From the NCBI GenBank assembly GCA_965644295.1, contig CBFFRP010000072.1, positions 89,867 to 153,866 on the forward strand: a DNA stretch of 64,000 bases, in the 5' to 3' direction. The notes beneath the pieces were generated by a model that had not been told where the DNA came from, ran no database searches, and worked only from the letters and a program-made list of their open reading frames with translations. A program made the position numbers and the translations under genes. The stretch is from Paraphysomonas bandaiensis. Taxonomy: Eukaryota > Protista > Chrysophyceae. Positions 53,431 through 63,747 of this stretch are shown piece after piece; the first letter of the stretch is position 1; the number at the start of each line of letters is the position of its first letter.

Positions 53431-54248
53431 CTGTCAATGAGTTTCAAGTCATTGAAATTGATGGTGAGCATTAAGAGGAGAGTTCATAGTCAGGACGTTA
53501 GGAATGAGAATTCCTACCATATGTCGAAGTTCATGCTTGACACCAGAGAATGTATTCCGTTTAGTGTGATTGATCTTCGTCAGACCTCCAATTTTATTTT
53601 GATGTTGAAGTGGTTTAAATATGTACGGAACAAAAGTTTTCGATAGACGAATCAAAGATGTGATTTTCGTCATGGAGGCATTGGATTGGTGCCTGGCCGT
53701 AGAAACTCTTGAAGGGATGGAACCATTCTGACTTCTGAAAAGTTACCGGACATCCAGGACATGGCTTGTATATGTTCATATCTCTTGATACAAAATCGGA
53801 GTGTTTTTCTATAAAAAAACGACTTCTACCTGCTTATCCGGATTTTAATAGGAAACATCTGCTTTTCGTGATGCAATGTGGTCAACATTTGCTATGTTTT
53901 GCATACAGTAAAACACGGAAATATTTTTGCTAGAAATCCTGTTTTTTGAGATTCATAAAAGAAAACCCAACAACATGTGTACGATATGCTGATGATGATA
54001 GATAGAATGAAACTGAAACGACAAAAGCGTTTCACTCTTGTGTATAATTGAGGTGAGTGCATGCAATACATACATACATACATACACACCCCACTATCCA
54101 AATCGTTCAGTGTGTGAGGAGGGAGATTTTAACAATGTGCAAAGCCCACAATAACCCAATTTACTAAATGTACCTTCCATTCTATATAAGAGTATGTAAG
54201 CAATCTGCAGTGTAATATACGCAAGCCTTATATAAATATATATCGAAT

Positions 54249-55493
54249 ATGGCTGACGACGACGACACCTACGGCGATGAATTTTATGATACAGGAGATC
54301 TAGAGAATGAAGAAGACCTCGGTAATGCACCGGATGAACAGGACCATCAAAAAATGAATGGTCAGCTAGAAGCTGCACTCGAGGAGTTAAAGAATTGTCA
54401 GGCTGAGCTCGAGGCTGAGCGTCAAGCGCACGAGGAAACCAAAAAAGAATTACTTCAGACACAGCAACAACCTAGTAATAATGACAAAAACTCCGATAGA
54501 TTGATGGAATCATTTATCAATTTTGCATTAACTCATTCTCTTGATAGCCCTACTATGGAGACGCGAGACATGACTGATGAAATATGTCTATCTATTCTTG
54601 ATCAGGCGACAAAGAAGCTGCAAAAAGCATCTCGCAAGCCGCAACCGTCGAGCACAACAGCGAATATGGGAGAGTCTGAACTTCATCAAAGAATTGCAAA
54701 TTTAGAAGAAGAACTTCGTTTGGCATTAGGTGCAGCTGAGGACATAAGGGCTCTGAAAGCTAAGGCTGTCTCACTTGTGGAACGAATTCGCATGGAAAAG
54801 GAAGAGCGATTACGATGCGAAGCGGAGCAACGGTCGTATTTGAAGAAAATCGAAATGCTTTCCGACCATGTCGAAAAACTAATGGTTCATTTGAAGCACG
54901 AAGCAGCTGCTAAAATAAAGACTGTCGATCAATTACGTGCATCGGAGAAAAGGAACGAGGCTGCTCAAGTTAAATTAGGAATTACAACACGCAAAGCAGC
55001 TGCAAAAGATAGATTGATTGCTGAATTGCGAGAAGGAAGCAAAATTTTAGAAGATCAACTTCGCTTGATGGATGAAAAATATCTGGAACTGAGAACAAAG
55101 CTTGATTACGCGAGGGAGGTGGCTGCGAAAAAAGTTCGTCACGCACAAAAAACTGCTTCAGATTTACGCGTTAAGTTTGCACTTGCCGGAAACTCTAAAC
55201 TTCTTGATCAAGTACCTCTTCCTGAAATTGGAGCATCAGGGGATTATACTGCCGAAGATTTGTCTCGTAGCATGCCGAATATTAATACAGGACCGTTGTC
55301 GACTGCATCCAGCCCCGTCAGGTCGTCTATAAGGAGCATTGGCAAGAAGAAGAAGAAGAAGCTTGTGACAAATTCGATTGCTGCTGATGCAGAGCAATCA
55401 ACGGAGCGAGTTTTGGATAAAATTAGGCGGCTTCGCGGGGGTCAAGCCGAATGGAATGAAGAAAAAGTGAGAAAACTTGCAATGTCACATTGA
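54249..55493 (+). CDS. Coiled-coil protein of unknown function
   Basis: Intact 414-aa ORF with an acidic N-terminus, long heptad-rich E/K/L/A helices and a KKKKKK patch. Confidence 0.75.
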   Translation: MADDDDTYGDEFYDTGDLENEEDLGNAPDEQDHQKMNGQLEAALEELKNCQAELEAERQAHEETKKELLQTQQQPSNNDKNSDRLMESFINFALTHSLDSPTMETRDMTDEICLSILDQATKKLQKASRKPQPSSTTANMGESELHQRIANLEEELRLALGAAEDIRALKAKAVSLVERIRMEKEERLRCEAEQRSYLKKIEMLSDHVEKLMVHLKHEAAAKIKTVDQLRASEKRNEAAQVKLGITTRKAAAKDRLIAELREGSKILEDQLRLMDEKYLELRTKLDYAREVAAKKVRHAQKTASDLRVKFALAGNSKLLDQVPLPEIGASGDYTAEDLSRSMPNINTGPLSTASSPVRSSIRSIGKKKKKKLVTNSIAADAEQSTERVLDKIRRLRGGQAEWNEEKVRKLAMSH

Positions 55494-57449
55494 CATTCCA
55501 TGTCTTGTACTCGTCATCTGTATGCTGCTGATTTTACATATTGAGCCACATAATTTCATGTTAACATGCAGAAATGCATAGTATATACGAAGCTCGTTAT
55601 AATAATTTGAGAGTGTCACTATTGACAACAGTAGTATTTCGTTATTGTGTTTTGTTTTCGGCGCAAAGATCGTGTGAGCGGAAATAATAAATTATACTCT
55701 GTGCAAAATCACTCTTGTGCTTTAGAAAGAAAACCTGTATGATTACAGCGAATGGATTGTAGCTCCTGTATTTCTGGATAGTGCGCACTTAAGTGTTGTT
55801 GAACGGAAATTTTGGCTATGTAGAAATGTTCTTCGTTGTCAGAAATGTACCAAATTTTAGTCCCACTCAATGTTCTATTAATCAGGCAGTGAGCAGTGAG
55901 TGAATTCTGTCTTATCTATCTAAGCCCAGACAGGTATTTCACGAAGGGCACAAAGAAATACAACTTTATATTTTCTTTTTATTTATCTTCTAATTACGTA
56001 AAGTAAGTGTACTATTCATGTTTCGAAACTGCTGCGGTATCAATATGAGCCCAGTGCATCATCCAGAAGTCGCATATGGATATAGAGTAGCGGTTCAACG
56101 TAACCATCTTAGCATGTAACAAATTACTGTGCAGGATTTGGCTAACATTGCAAAGCTTAAAGGTGTTGTTAGGGTTAGGTTGTCTAGGATAATATACGTT
56201 ATACGTATATCTACTTCTATTGTACTCTATTGTATTTGTTTTATCAGAAAATCCTATTTTCCGGCCACAGGCGTAGTGAAGTTGATGGTAGCCAGTAATC
56301 CTTAATAGAAATCAGATTATGTTGATAGTACCTCTACCAACTAAATATACTAAGAGATGGAATTATATTCATATAGTATACCCTCTGCAACTAGTAGTGG
56401 TTCAGTATTTACACAATTTTCTCTCTTCGAATTTTTGTTATGTTACATGCGTAACAGCTATTACTGCTTTTTGTTTATTTCCGCTTGCTATAATCAGGTA
56501 ATTAATTCATATTTGCAATCATAAAAAAGTTATCGTGATGAACATCGCAGTTTTTGTACATTCGAAACAGCAAACACACTATGATGAACCCGTTCCGTTG
56601 ATGCCGCTATAGTATCAGCTTTCCTATTTGAAATATGTAACAATTGTGGCAAAGAGATGTGTACGAATCCTGTCAGATGGTAGAAGTATAATTGTCAGAC
56701 GGGTGATGAATGGTGCTAGTGATGAGTGGTGGTCAATCATGAGTGAGTGATGCTACTTCCTAGAACACCAGCACTATGTGATGCCTAAATATTAGCTGGT
56801 TTGACTTGCAGAGTAAAACATATAGTGTTGGAAAGTATGATTATTCTCAACAACATGAACAAAGTGTGTATTTTGCTCATAAAGCATAAACATACTGGTA
56901 ATGATTGTGCGTGAAGTGTTAAATATTGCCAAGCTTAAAGGGGAACGGTTTAACAAACTCTTGATATTTAACAAAACCATCAAATCATATTCGCGTAGTC
57001 ACGCGCCTTGTTGAGTTCCTCTGCAGTATGATGCGGTATATATATAGTGCAATATAAGGGAGGTAATATAAGGTAATACACACACAGAGAGAGGGGGGGG
57101 GGTCTTCGACCCTAGCCGTGTTAACCGTGACCATAAAAACTATTAATTTATACTGACCCTTACCCCTATGGTATCGCTGTGTATCACGTACAAGTGCTTC
57201 CAATATTGTACATTACATTTTTTTATACACTTTTTTACATAAAAAATGTCGTGTCACCTTTCACAATAAAAAATGCAAAAAAAATGTTATTTTCACAAAT
57301 TTTGCAACAGTATACACTACATTTTTTACAACATTTTTCTTAAAAAAAAACTTTTTTCTAAAAAATAAATATCAGAAATAAATATTTTCAACAAAAATGT
57401 CAAAAAAAATGCAATCAAAATAAAATAATACTATACATATTAACCCCAG

Positions 57450-57520
57450 CGATCAACCGACCCTTTATACCAAACGATCAACCGACCCTATTAACCAAAC
57501 AATCAACCAACCCTGACTTA
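57450..57520 (+). repeat. Three tandem 25-bp units in the viral terminal region
   Basis: CGATCAACCGACCCTTTATACCAAA / CGATCAACCGACCCTATTAACCAAA / CAATCAACCAACCCTGACTTA starting at 57450, 57475 and 57500. Confidence 0.85.
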
Positions 57521-57604
57521 AACACCGAACAATTACAACAGATAGACGGAACAACAGACCTGTTTAACACTATATATAGACATGCCGTGATTTTACTCCC
57601 TGTT

Positions 57605-57654
57605 TTACATATATAAGAATATAAAATAATAAAAAAATATATAGTTATATTATA
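57605..57654 (+). promoter_or_regulatory. Viral promoter class A (also 58111-58164)
   Basis: TTACATATRTAARAATATAAAATAAT-A(n)-TATATAGT..TATTATA-ATG is shared by the first two viral ORFs. Confidence 0.7.
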
Positions 57655-58086
57655 ATGTCAAAAGAATTAAAATATTTCAGTTGTTGCGAAAATGTTGATT
57701 CTAAGCATAATGGTAAATACTACTACAAACATAAAAAGTACATTCATAATGATCCATTTGACTGTCTAAAACATAAGTTAAATAGGCCAGCTGATGAAGT
57801 CAATGATATATTAAACAGACGGTTTAATGAGAGTGTTATAAATAGCGGTCTTCTTACTTATAGACCAGCAGACAATTTACCTGAATATTATGATTGGCGT
57901 GAAAGAGCTGTCATTAATTTAGGTTTAAGAGAAAACGAAGGTGATGATGTTCAAGATGAATTTTATCTTAAAAATAAGTTTTGGGATTCAGTTGTTTATA
58001 TTATTGAAAATGACGGCGATAAAGAGAAAATGGAAACGGATAAGTGGGCATATTCAATAAATGCTATTGATAAACTAACGCATTAA
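57655..58086 (+). CDS. Viral hypothetical protein
   Basis: 143-aa intact ORF preceded by the conserved viral upstream motif. Confidence 0.7.
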   Translation: MSKELKYFSCCENVDSKHNGKYYYKHKKYIHNDPFDCLKHKLNRPADEVNDILNRRFNESVINSGLLTYRPADNLPEYYDWRERAVINLGLRENEGDDVQDEFYLKNKFWDSVVYIIENDGDKEKMETDKWAYSINAIDKLTH

Positions 58087-58164
58087 AAATACTATAATTT
58101 ATTTCAATTATTACATATGTAAAAATATAAAATAATTAAAAAAAATATATAGTCATATATTATA

Positions 58165-58449
58165 ATGAGTGAGTATTTATTAAAGTTGAAAGGTGAAGTA
58201 TACAGTATTAGAAAAACGCATATGCCTAAAATTCAGGAAGAGATAAGAAATTTAGATAGAGAAATAGAAGACATGAAAATTACATTATCAGAACTTCAGA
58301 AACAAAAGAAAGAGTTACAAGTAGAGCTATTAAATGAACGGCAATTAATCATATATGAAAATAAAGACGAAGATAAAAGGACTGAATTATTAAGAAAATA
58401 TGATTTTCTACACGGTGAATATCGCAGTGATTCTGTAGGATGGAAATAA
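58165..58449 (+). CDS. Viral small coiled-coil protein
   Basis: 94-aa ORF with heptads IQEEIRNLDREIEDMKITLSELQKQKKEL and a class A upstream motif. Confidence 0.7.
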   Translation: MSEYLLKLKGEVYSIRKTHMPKIQEEIRNLDREIEDMKITLSELQKQKKELQVELLNERQLIIYENKDEDKRTELLRKYDFLHGEYRSDSVGWK

Positions 58450-58492
58450 AATATTATAAAAAAAATGCAATTGATAAACTGATAAGGTAAAT

Positions 58493-58535
58493 TAAGGGAT
58501 AAAAACGCGATAATTGTTCGCGAAATTATCCCTTA
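58493..58535 (+). terminator. Intergenic hairpin, candidate viral transcript 3'-end signal
   Basis: TAAGGGATAA-aaa-CGCGA-taattgt-TCGCG-aaa-TTATCCCTTA: a 10+5-bp stem 43 nt after a stop codon. Confidence 0.55.
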
Positions 58536-58575
58536 GATGTAAAATATATAAATATATTATGTGATATACTTATAT

Positions 58576-58806
58576 ATGGACGGCCTAGAATGGGAAATAG
58601 ACTATGATAATTATGAATTTCCAAAGAAAAATGTTATAGACTTAGACAAAGTAATTAACTTAGACACACCAAAATTAAACAGAAATAATAATATAGATAC
58701 AGACATGTTGACTTATGATTTTGCAAATATAAATATATCTGATAATGTTAATGGAGAAAATACAGATTGTTCTAAACAGCAAGACAGCAAACCAATACCT
58801 AAATAA
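58576..58806 (+). CDS. Viral small acidic hypothetical protein overlapping the minor capsid start
   Basis: ATG at 58576 after an AT-rich TATAT leader; MDGLEWEIDYDNYEFPKK. Confidence 0.45.
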   Translation: MDGLEWEIDYDNYEFPKKNVIDLDKVINLDTPKLNRNNNIDTDMLTYDFANINISDNVNGENTDCSKQQDSKPIPK

Positions 58807-59482
58807 TAAAACTACTGATTGTATTTTTATATTACCGAAGATAGACGTTAAACGACGTCATAAAGCCTATATATCAGTAATTGATGCCTCTATACCGTAC
58901 TCTTTTTATAATGTTAATTCAACCAATAACACACTGAATTATACATTAAATAGTATCTCATATTCACTTACAATTACAAAAGCCAATTATAATATTAGAA
59001 CTTTAATAAGTTTTTTACAGTCCAATTTAGAACCAGGATTTACAATAACTTATAACTCATCAACTAATAAATTACAATTTACCCATAGTACTTATGATTT
59101 TTCTTTTTCAAATACTTCAACCTGTTTTGAATTATTAGGATTTGAAGATAATATAACCTATTATTCAGATTCATTAACATTGTTATCAACAATTGGTATA
59201 AATTTATTTACAGTAAGAAACGTTTTAATAGCATCGTCAAATTTTGTTTTAAATAATATAAATAGTGCCACACCTAATAAAGCCTCTATTATTACCTCTG
59301 TGCCTGTTGATGTTAATGCAGGATCCATTATTAATTATAAAAACATTAATAATATTAAGAGCTTAGTACATGATATACATAATATAAATACTTTACATGT
59401 CCAATTATTAGACCAAGACGCAGATGTATTGGAATTAAACGGTTTACATTGGTCTTTAAATTTATTATTAACTATTGAATAA
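58751..59482 (+). CDS. Minor capsid protein (penton, single jelly-roll) of PLV type
   Basis: IVLNS..., ISVIDASIPYSFYNVNSTNN, ITKANYN, TYNSSTNK, LLGF, and the C-terminal LLDQDADVLELNGLHWSLNL pattern typical of PLV/Polinton pentons. Start at 58745 or 58751. Confidence 0.8.
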   Translation: MEKIQIVLNSKTANQYLNNKTTDCIFILPKIDVKRRHKAYISVIDASIPYSFYNVNSTNNTLNYTLNSISYSLTITKANYNIRTLISFLQSNLEPGFTITYNSSTNKLQFTHSTYDFSFSNTSTCFELLGFEDNITYYSDSLTLLSTIGINLFTVRNVLIASSNFVLNNINSATPNKASIITSVPVDVNAGSIINYKNINNIKSLVHDIHNINTLHVQLLDQDADVLELNGLHWSLNLLLTIE

Positions 59483-59512
59483 AAAATATTTCTCTCAATA
59501 TAGTATATATAC

Positions 59513-59953
59513 ATGTCAAAACTAGGCAAAAAGCTAAATCGTAAATTTCGTAAACTAGGTCGTAAGGCCGATCACAGAATACATAAACTAGGACAAAAAA
59601 CACACGACGTATTAGACAAGGTCCAACATGGAGTAAATAAAGGACTTGATAAATCAGCAAAGGCAATTAACGCAGCAGATAAAATATTAGGCGTCGGCGA
59701 TAAAACTATACACGCTATTAATAAAGCAGGATTAAATACAATGCCCGTTGTTGGATCAGCATCTAGACTATTGGAAGCAGGATTACACGAAGGACATAAA
59801 GGAGTACATAAGCTACATAAGCTACACAATAAAGCCGACAAACACAGTAAAAAGGCATTTAAAAAGGCTCATAACGCAGGTAATAAATTAGAAAAACACA
59901 ACACAAGAAAAGCTTTAGCTAAGTTAACACAAGATGATAGCACATTTATATAA
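59513..59953 (+). CDS. Lys/His-rich basic protein, putative virion core or membrane-active protein
   Basis: MSKLGKKLNRKFRKLGRKA amphipathic basic helix and HKLHKLHNK; located between penton and MCP. Confidence 0.6.
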   Translation: MSKLGKKLNRKFRKLGRKADHRIHKLGQKTHDVLDKVQHGVNKGLDKSAKAINAADKILGVGDKTIHAINKAGLNTMPVVGSASRLLEAGLHEGHKGVHKLHKLHNKADKHSKKAFKKAHNAGNKLEKHNTRKALAKLTQDDSTFI

Positions 59954-59973
59954 ATTATATTTTATTATACTAT

Positions 59974-60001
59974 AAAAAATATTTATCTATTTATAGTATA
60001 T
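59974..60001 (+). promoter_or_regulatory. Viral promoter class B (structural genes; also 59481-59510)
   Basis: AAAAAATATTTMTCT-NNN-TATAGTATATAT precedes both the MCP and the basic ORF. TCTA lies at 59986-59989, and TATCTG precedes the penton. Confidence 0.65.
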
Positions 60002-61351
60002 ATGTCAGGATTACCAAAAAACGTATTATATACAAATAATATAAATTCAAGTTATGCGCGTAATTATCAGAATAATATAGCTCCACAGAATGGTTTGGGG
60101 CCATATGGTGCAGGAGAGACCATAATTATTAATATTCCTACCGGTCGTAATCTCGTAATGTCTGGTGCTGATTCACTTTTAAAATTAAGCTTAATAGCAA
60201 ACACAGCAACAACTACGGCGGTTTCAGAATTCGTAAGACTGGATAAGGCCGGTATTCATTCCCTAATTTCTAGAGTGAGAGTATTTCATGGCTCTACTTT
60301 ACTTTCAGATATTCAGAATTATAATAATCTAGTTGGTCAGTTAATGGCTTTGCAACAGTCCAACGACTCTTTTATTAACAAACACACAATTTTATCAGGA
60401 ACGGAAAGTTTCAGTGTTGTTAACAGCGCAACAAGCACAAACGAGGGTTTAATTGTTGGTGAAAGACTTAATGAATTTACACAAGTTGCAGATGGGGGCA
60501 GTACAACTAAACGATATTATACAGTACCAATAATGAATTTTTTAAGCTACAGTGATAAATATATCCCACTGTTTGCAATGACCGGCGCGCCTTTACGTCT
60601 AGAAATAGTTCTGGTTAATAATCCACTAGAGGGCATTTGTTGCGATAAAGCCATAACATCAATAGCTATTAATGACGTTGAATATGTTTGTAATTTTATG
60701 GAGTTATCAGATGACGCAATGAATAAAATTAATTTGGCATCAAATGGACCTTTAAGGTGGGTTGTACAAGATTACAGAAATTATTCACATACTGGAAATA
60801 TTGCCGCCAACGTTGAACTTAGTGTTCCCGTACCCGCTAAATATAACTCTTTAAGATCTCTATTTTTCAGTATGCGCGATAAACACGCTGGAGAAGTCAC
60901 CTATTTCCCGTTGTCATCAAATCATTTCGGTCTAGAGTCATACAGTGTTAGATTAGGTAGTAAGACCGTACCAACTAAAGCACCTAGTTGCCTTCCTGAA
61001 TTTTTCGGCGAATTGATCAGAGCAATTGGAAGCGTAAGCGATTTGAATCATGAACCAAGCATTAATATAAATACTTATGATATGCAAGCGTCAGATGCTA
61101 ATACCGAGACAGCAGCCGATTATGACGGGTGTTCAACATCTTCAAACTTTTACTTGGGTTTAGATCTAGAAAGTTACAGCAGCAGCGGTATGGAAACAGT
61201 ATACCAGGGTTATAATTCTAGCACTGACGATATATTTTTTATGCCTCGTTTTTCCTCAAGTGCCCCCACTGTGACCGCACGCATAGACACATACGCTTAT
61301 TTTGATCAAGTCATTTTGATTGAAAACGGTTTCGCAACATTGCAATATTAA
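60002..61351 (+). CDS. Major capsid protein (double jelly-roll) of a Polinton-like virus
   Basis: 449 aa; IAPQNG..Y.AGETIIINIP, GIHSLISRVRVFHG..LSDIQNYN, YIPLFAM.G.PLRLEI, SLRSLF, F.LGLDLES, D.YAYFD.VI.I pattern of PLV MCPs. Confidence 0.85.
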   Translation: MSGLPKNVLYTNNINSSYARNYQNNIAPQNGLGPYGAGETIIINIPTGRNLVMSGADSLLKLSLIANTATTTAVSEFVRLDKAGIHSLISRVRVFHGSTLLSDIQNYNNLVGQLMALQQSNDSFINKHTILSGTESFSVVNSATSTNEGLIVGERLNEFTQVADGGSTTKRYYTVPIMNFLSYSDKYIPLFAMTGAPLRLEIVLVNNPLEGICCDKAITSIAINDVEYVCNFMELSDDAMNKINLASNGPLRWVVQDYRNYSHTGNIAANVELSVPVPAKYNSLRSLFFSMRDKHAGEVTYFPLSSNHFGLESYSVRLGSKTVPTKAPSCLPEFFGELIRAIGSVSDLNHEPSININTYDMQASDANTETAADYDGCSTSSNFYLGLDLESYSSSGMETVYQGYNSSTDDIFFMPRFSSSAPTVTARIDTYAYFDQVILIENGFATLQY

Positions 61352-61404
61352 ATTTATAAAAAACCTTTAGATTTTTAAAAAAATAAAAAATTAAAAAATT
61401 TATT

Positions 61405-61434
61405 ATTTAAAAAATAATATATATTTGTATATTA
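61405..61434 (+). promoter_or_regulatory. Viral promoter class C (replication module; also 63007-63037, 63295-63324, 63719-63747)
   Basis: ATTTAAAAAA(T)WAATATATA-N-TATATTA-ATG is repeated before four consecutive ORFs. Confidence 0.75.
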
Positions 61435-62988
61435 ATGAGTACAAAAGAGAGTTTTGAAGAGTTTGATTTAGAACACCTTGATAACCTGACTTATGAACAG
61501 TCAAAAACTTACGTAACAAATTATTTTTTCCCACTTACAAACGGCGCACATGCACTTAGAACAGGACATAAAAAATTTAGCATTATGGAACACAAAAAAG
61601 TTAAAGAAACGTATTTTAACAGAATGGATAAACGGATAGCAAAATATTATTTCACTGAATTTAAAGGGCTTCGTAAAATGGTTTATGAATTAGGTAAAGG
61701 TATATTCCCTGATAAAAAGAAACTAAATTTAGCCGCTCAGTTTGCACATGACTATAAACCATATGAAGATTTTGATGATAAGAGTAAGGAAGGTGTACAG
61801 GCGTTTTTATCATATATTAAAGAAATATTGGCATCCAATGATCAGGCGCAATATGAATATTTATTAAAGTGGTTTGCAAACATGACAAAGGGTAATAAAA
61901 ACGAATCCATTATATTTTTAAAAGGCCCTCAGGGTATAGGTAAATCAACCATATCCCTATTTATGAATACTTACATACTTGGCCGTGACCTGTGTTTAGA
62001 GGCTGGCGCGGACGTATTGACATCTAAATTTAATTCAGATCTAGGAGGTAAATTATTTGTATATTTTGAAGAATTAGAAAAACAAAGCAGGGCTGATTGG
62101 GACGCAATCAATACCAAATTAAAACGATATACGACGAGCGACGTTTATATAATAAATCAAAAGCATGAGTCAACATATCAGGCTGCAAATATTAATAATT
62201 ATTTAATTAATGCAAATTATAGTTTAAATGAGGAATGCGGAAGAAGGTATTTTATTTGTGATGTTTGTTGTAAAAAACGTAATGACTTAAAATATTTTGG
62301 ATGGCTACGTAATCTATGCTTTAATAACGAGGTAGGACATGCTTTTTACTGTTATTTAATGGAATACAACACAGAAAAATTTTATAGTCAAAATTTTCCC
62401 ATCACAAAAAACAAGTTAGACGCATACGCAAAGAGATTAGGAAGCGTTGAAATGTTTTTAAAGGATGAATTTGTATTAAAGAGATTGGATATAAATAATA
62501 TACTTGTTAAAGAAATATTTAACCATTATATCCAGTATTGTACTCAAAATAATATTAAACCAGTTAAACATACAATTGATTTTAATAAGGTCATGAGTGA
62601 ATTAAATTTTATTCACAAAAAGAATAAAGACAGGCGTAATGTGTACAATGTTACATTAGACGAATTAAATAAAGTTTCTGAATCTTTACATTGGGTTCAT
62701 GAATTAGATGAATATGATGATGGCCCCGATGTAGAATATAATATTAAAGATACAATTAAAAAACGTTGCAATACAAATACCATTACAAGCGCTATTAAAA
62801 AGCTTAGTAATCAAAGTGATAAACACAGTGATCAGTGTAATAAAAAAAGCGATAAAACAGATGAAGATACAGATGATGATACAGATGAAGATGAAGATAC
62901 AGATGAAGATGATGATGAAGATGAAACACCCCGTGTAAGTCAGAAGACAGTGAAAGATATAATGAAAACTTACGGAATAAATATTTAA
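61435..62988 (+). CDS. Superfamily 3 (D5-like) helicase with an acidic low-complexity tail
   Basis: Walker A GPQGIGKS, Walker B FVYFEE, motif C YLINAN, arginine finger GRRY; YEYLLKWFA pre-ATPase helix; winged-helix-like C-terminus; D/E/T repeat at ~62857-62925. Confidence 0.88.
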   Translation: MSTKESFEEFDLEHLDNLTYEQSKTYVTNYFFPLTNGAHALRTGHKKFSIMEHKKVKETYFNRMDKRIAKYYFTEFKGLRKMVYELGKGIFPDKKKLNLAAQFAHDYKPYEDFDDKSKEGVQAFLSYIKEILASNDQAQYEYLLKWFANMTKGNKNESIIFLKGPQGIGKSTISLFMNTYILGRDLCLEAGADVLTSKFNSDLGGKLFVYFEELEKQSRADWDAINTKLKRYTTSDVYIINQKHESTYQAANINNYLINANYSLNEECGRRYFICDVCCKKRNDLKYFGWLRNLCFNNEVGHAFYCYLMEYNTEKFYSQNFPITKNKLDAYAKRLGSVEMFLKDEFVLKRLDINNILVKEIFNHYIQYCTQNNIKPVKHTIDFNKVMSELNFIHKKNKDRRNVYNVTLDELNKVSESLHWVHELDEYDDGPDVEYNIKDTIKKRCNTNTITSAIKKLSNQSDKHSDQCNKKSDKTDEDTDDDTDEDEDTDEDDDEDETPRVSQKTVKDIMKTYGINI

Positions 62989-63037
62989 AAAAATAAAAAA
63001 TAATTTATTTAAAAAATTAATATATAAATATATATTA

Positions 63038-63292
63038 ATGAGAGATAAATTTATAGTAGAAATATATGATAATAATAATAATCTGATTACATCACAACAC
63101 TTTACATCCTATAAAGCAATAGCACAGGAATACGATATACAATATTCAGAAGCTAGGAAACTTAACGCTTTATGTGAGTCACGTACAACATATAAATACT
63201 TACATCCATCATTAAAGCGACTGATTAACAGAATAAAAATTTATGATATTAATAATATAAATAATTATGATATTAAAAAAATAAAAATTTAA
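63038..63292 (+). CDS. Small NUMOD1/HTH-like DNA-binding protein
   Basis: VEIYDNNNNLI...FTSYKAIAQEYDIQYS resembles the NUMOD1/IENR1 pattern; class C upstream motif. Confidence 0.55.
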   Translation: MRDKFIVEIYDNNNNLITSQHFTSYKAIAQEYDIQYSEARKLNALCESRTTYKYLHPSLKRLINRIKIYDINNINNYDIKKIKI

Positions 63293-63324
63293 TTATTTAA
63301 AAAATTAATATATAGTATATATTA

Positions 63325-63657
63325 ATGGACAAATATAAGTTTTATAAGATTGATGAGAAGGACTTTAAAAACTCAGTTGAAATTACGACCAGATTCAGAC
63401 ACAGAAAGAAAGGTAAAGAATTAGACGTTCCTGATATGCACTTTTTATATAATATGGTTGAGGAAAACTTACCAGAAGATGCCAATATAATGGTTAGAGC
63501 GTTAAATGGTCATAGATACTTTACATTTAAAGGGTATACTAGTTACCAGCTGAACGTGCAGGATTTTGATGACTATTATAAAAGCTCAGTCAAAAATACT
63601 GAGAAATTTGAGAAGTTTGAATTTATTGATATAACGGTGTTCATGTCTACGACATGA
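63325..63657 (+). CDS. Viral hypothetical protein
   Basis: 110-aa intact ORF with a class C upstream motif. Confidence 0.7.
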   Translation: MDKYKFYKIDEKDFKNSVEITTRFRHRKKGKELDVPDMHFLYNMVEENLPEDANIMVRALNGHRYFTFKGYTSYQLNVQDFDDYYKSSVKNTEKFEKFEFIDITVFMSTT

Positions 63658-63747
63658 TCCATACGTTAACTCCTGTTTTTATGGAAAAATAAATAATTAA
63701 AAAATTAAAAAATTAAATATTTAAAAAATAATATATAGTATATATTA

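Noticed and set aside
56169-56180. TTAGGGTTAGG telomere-like sequence near the virus
   Set aside because: Fewer than two full units; expected by chance.
57450-57520. Possible CRISPR-like array
   Set aside because: Only three adjacent 25-bp units with similar ~10-nt linkers, no unique spacers and no cas genes; treated as a tandem repeat.
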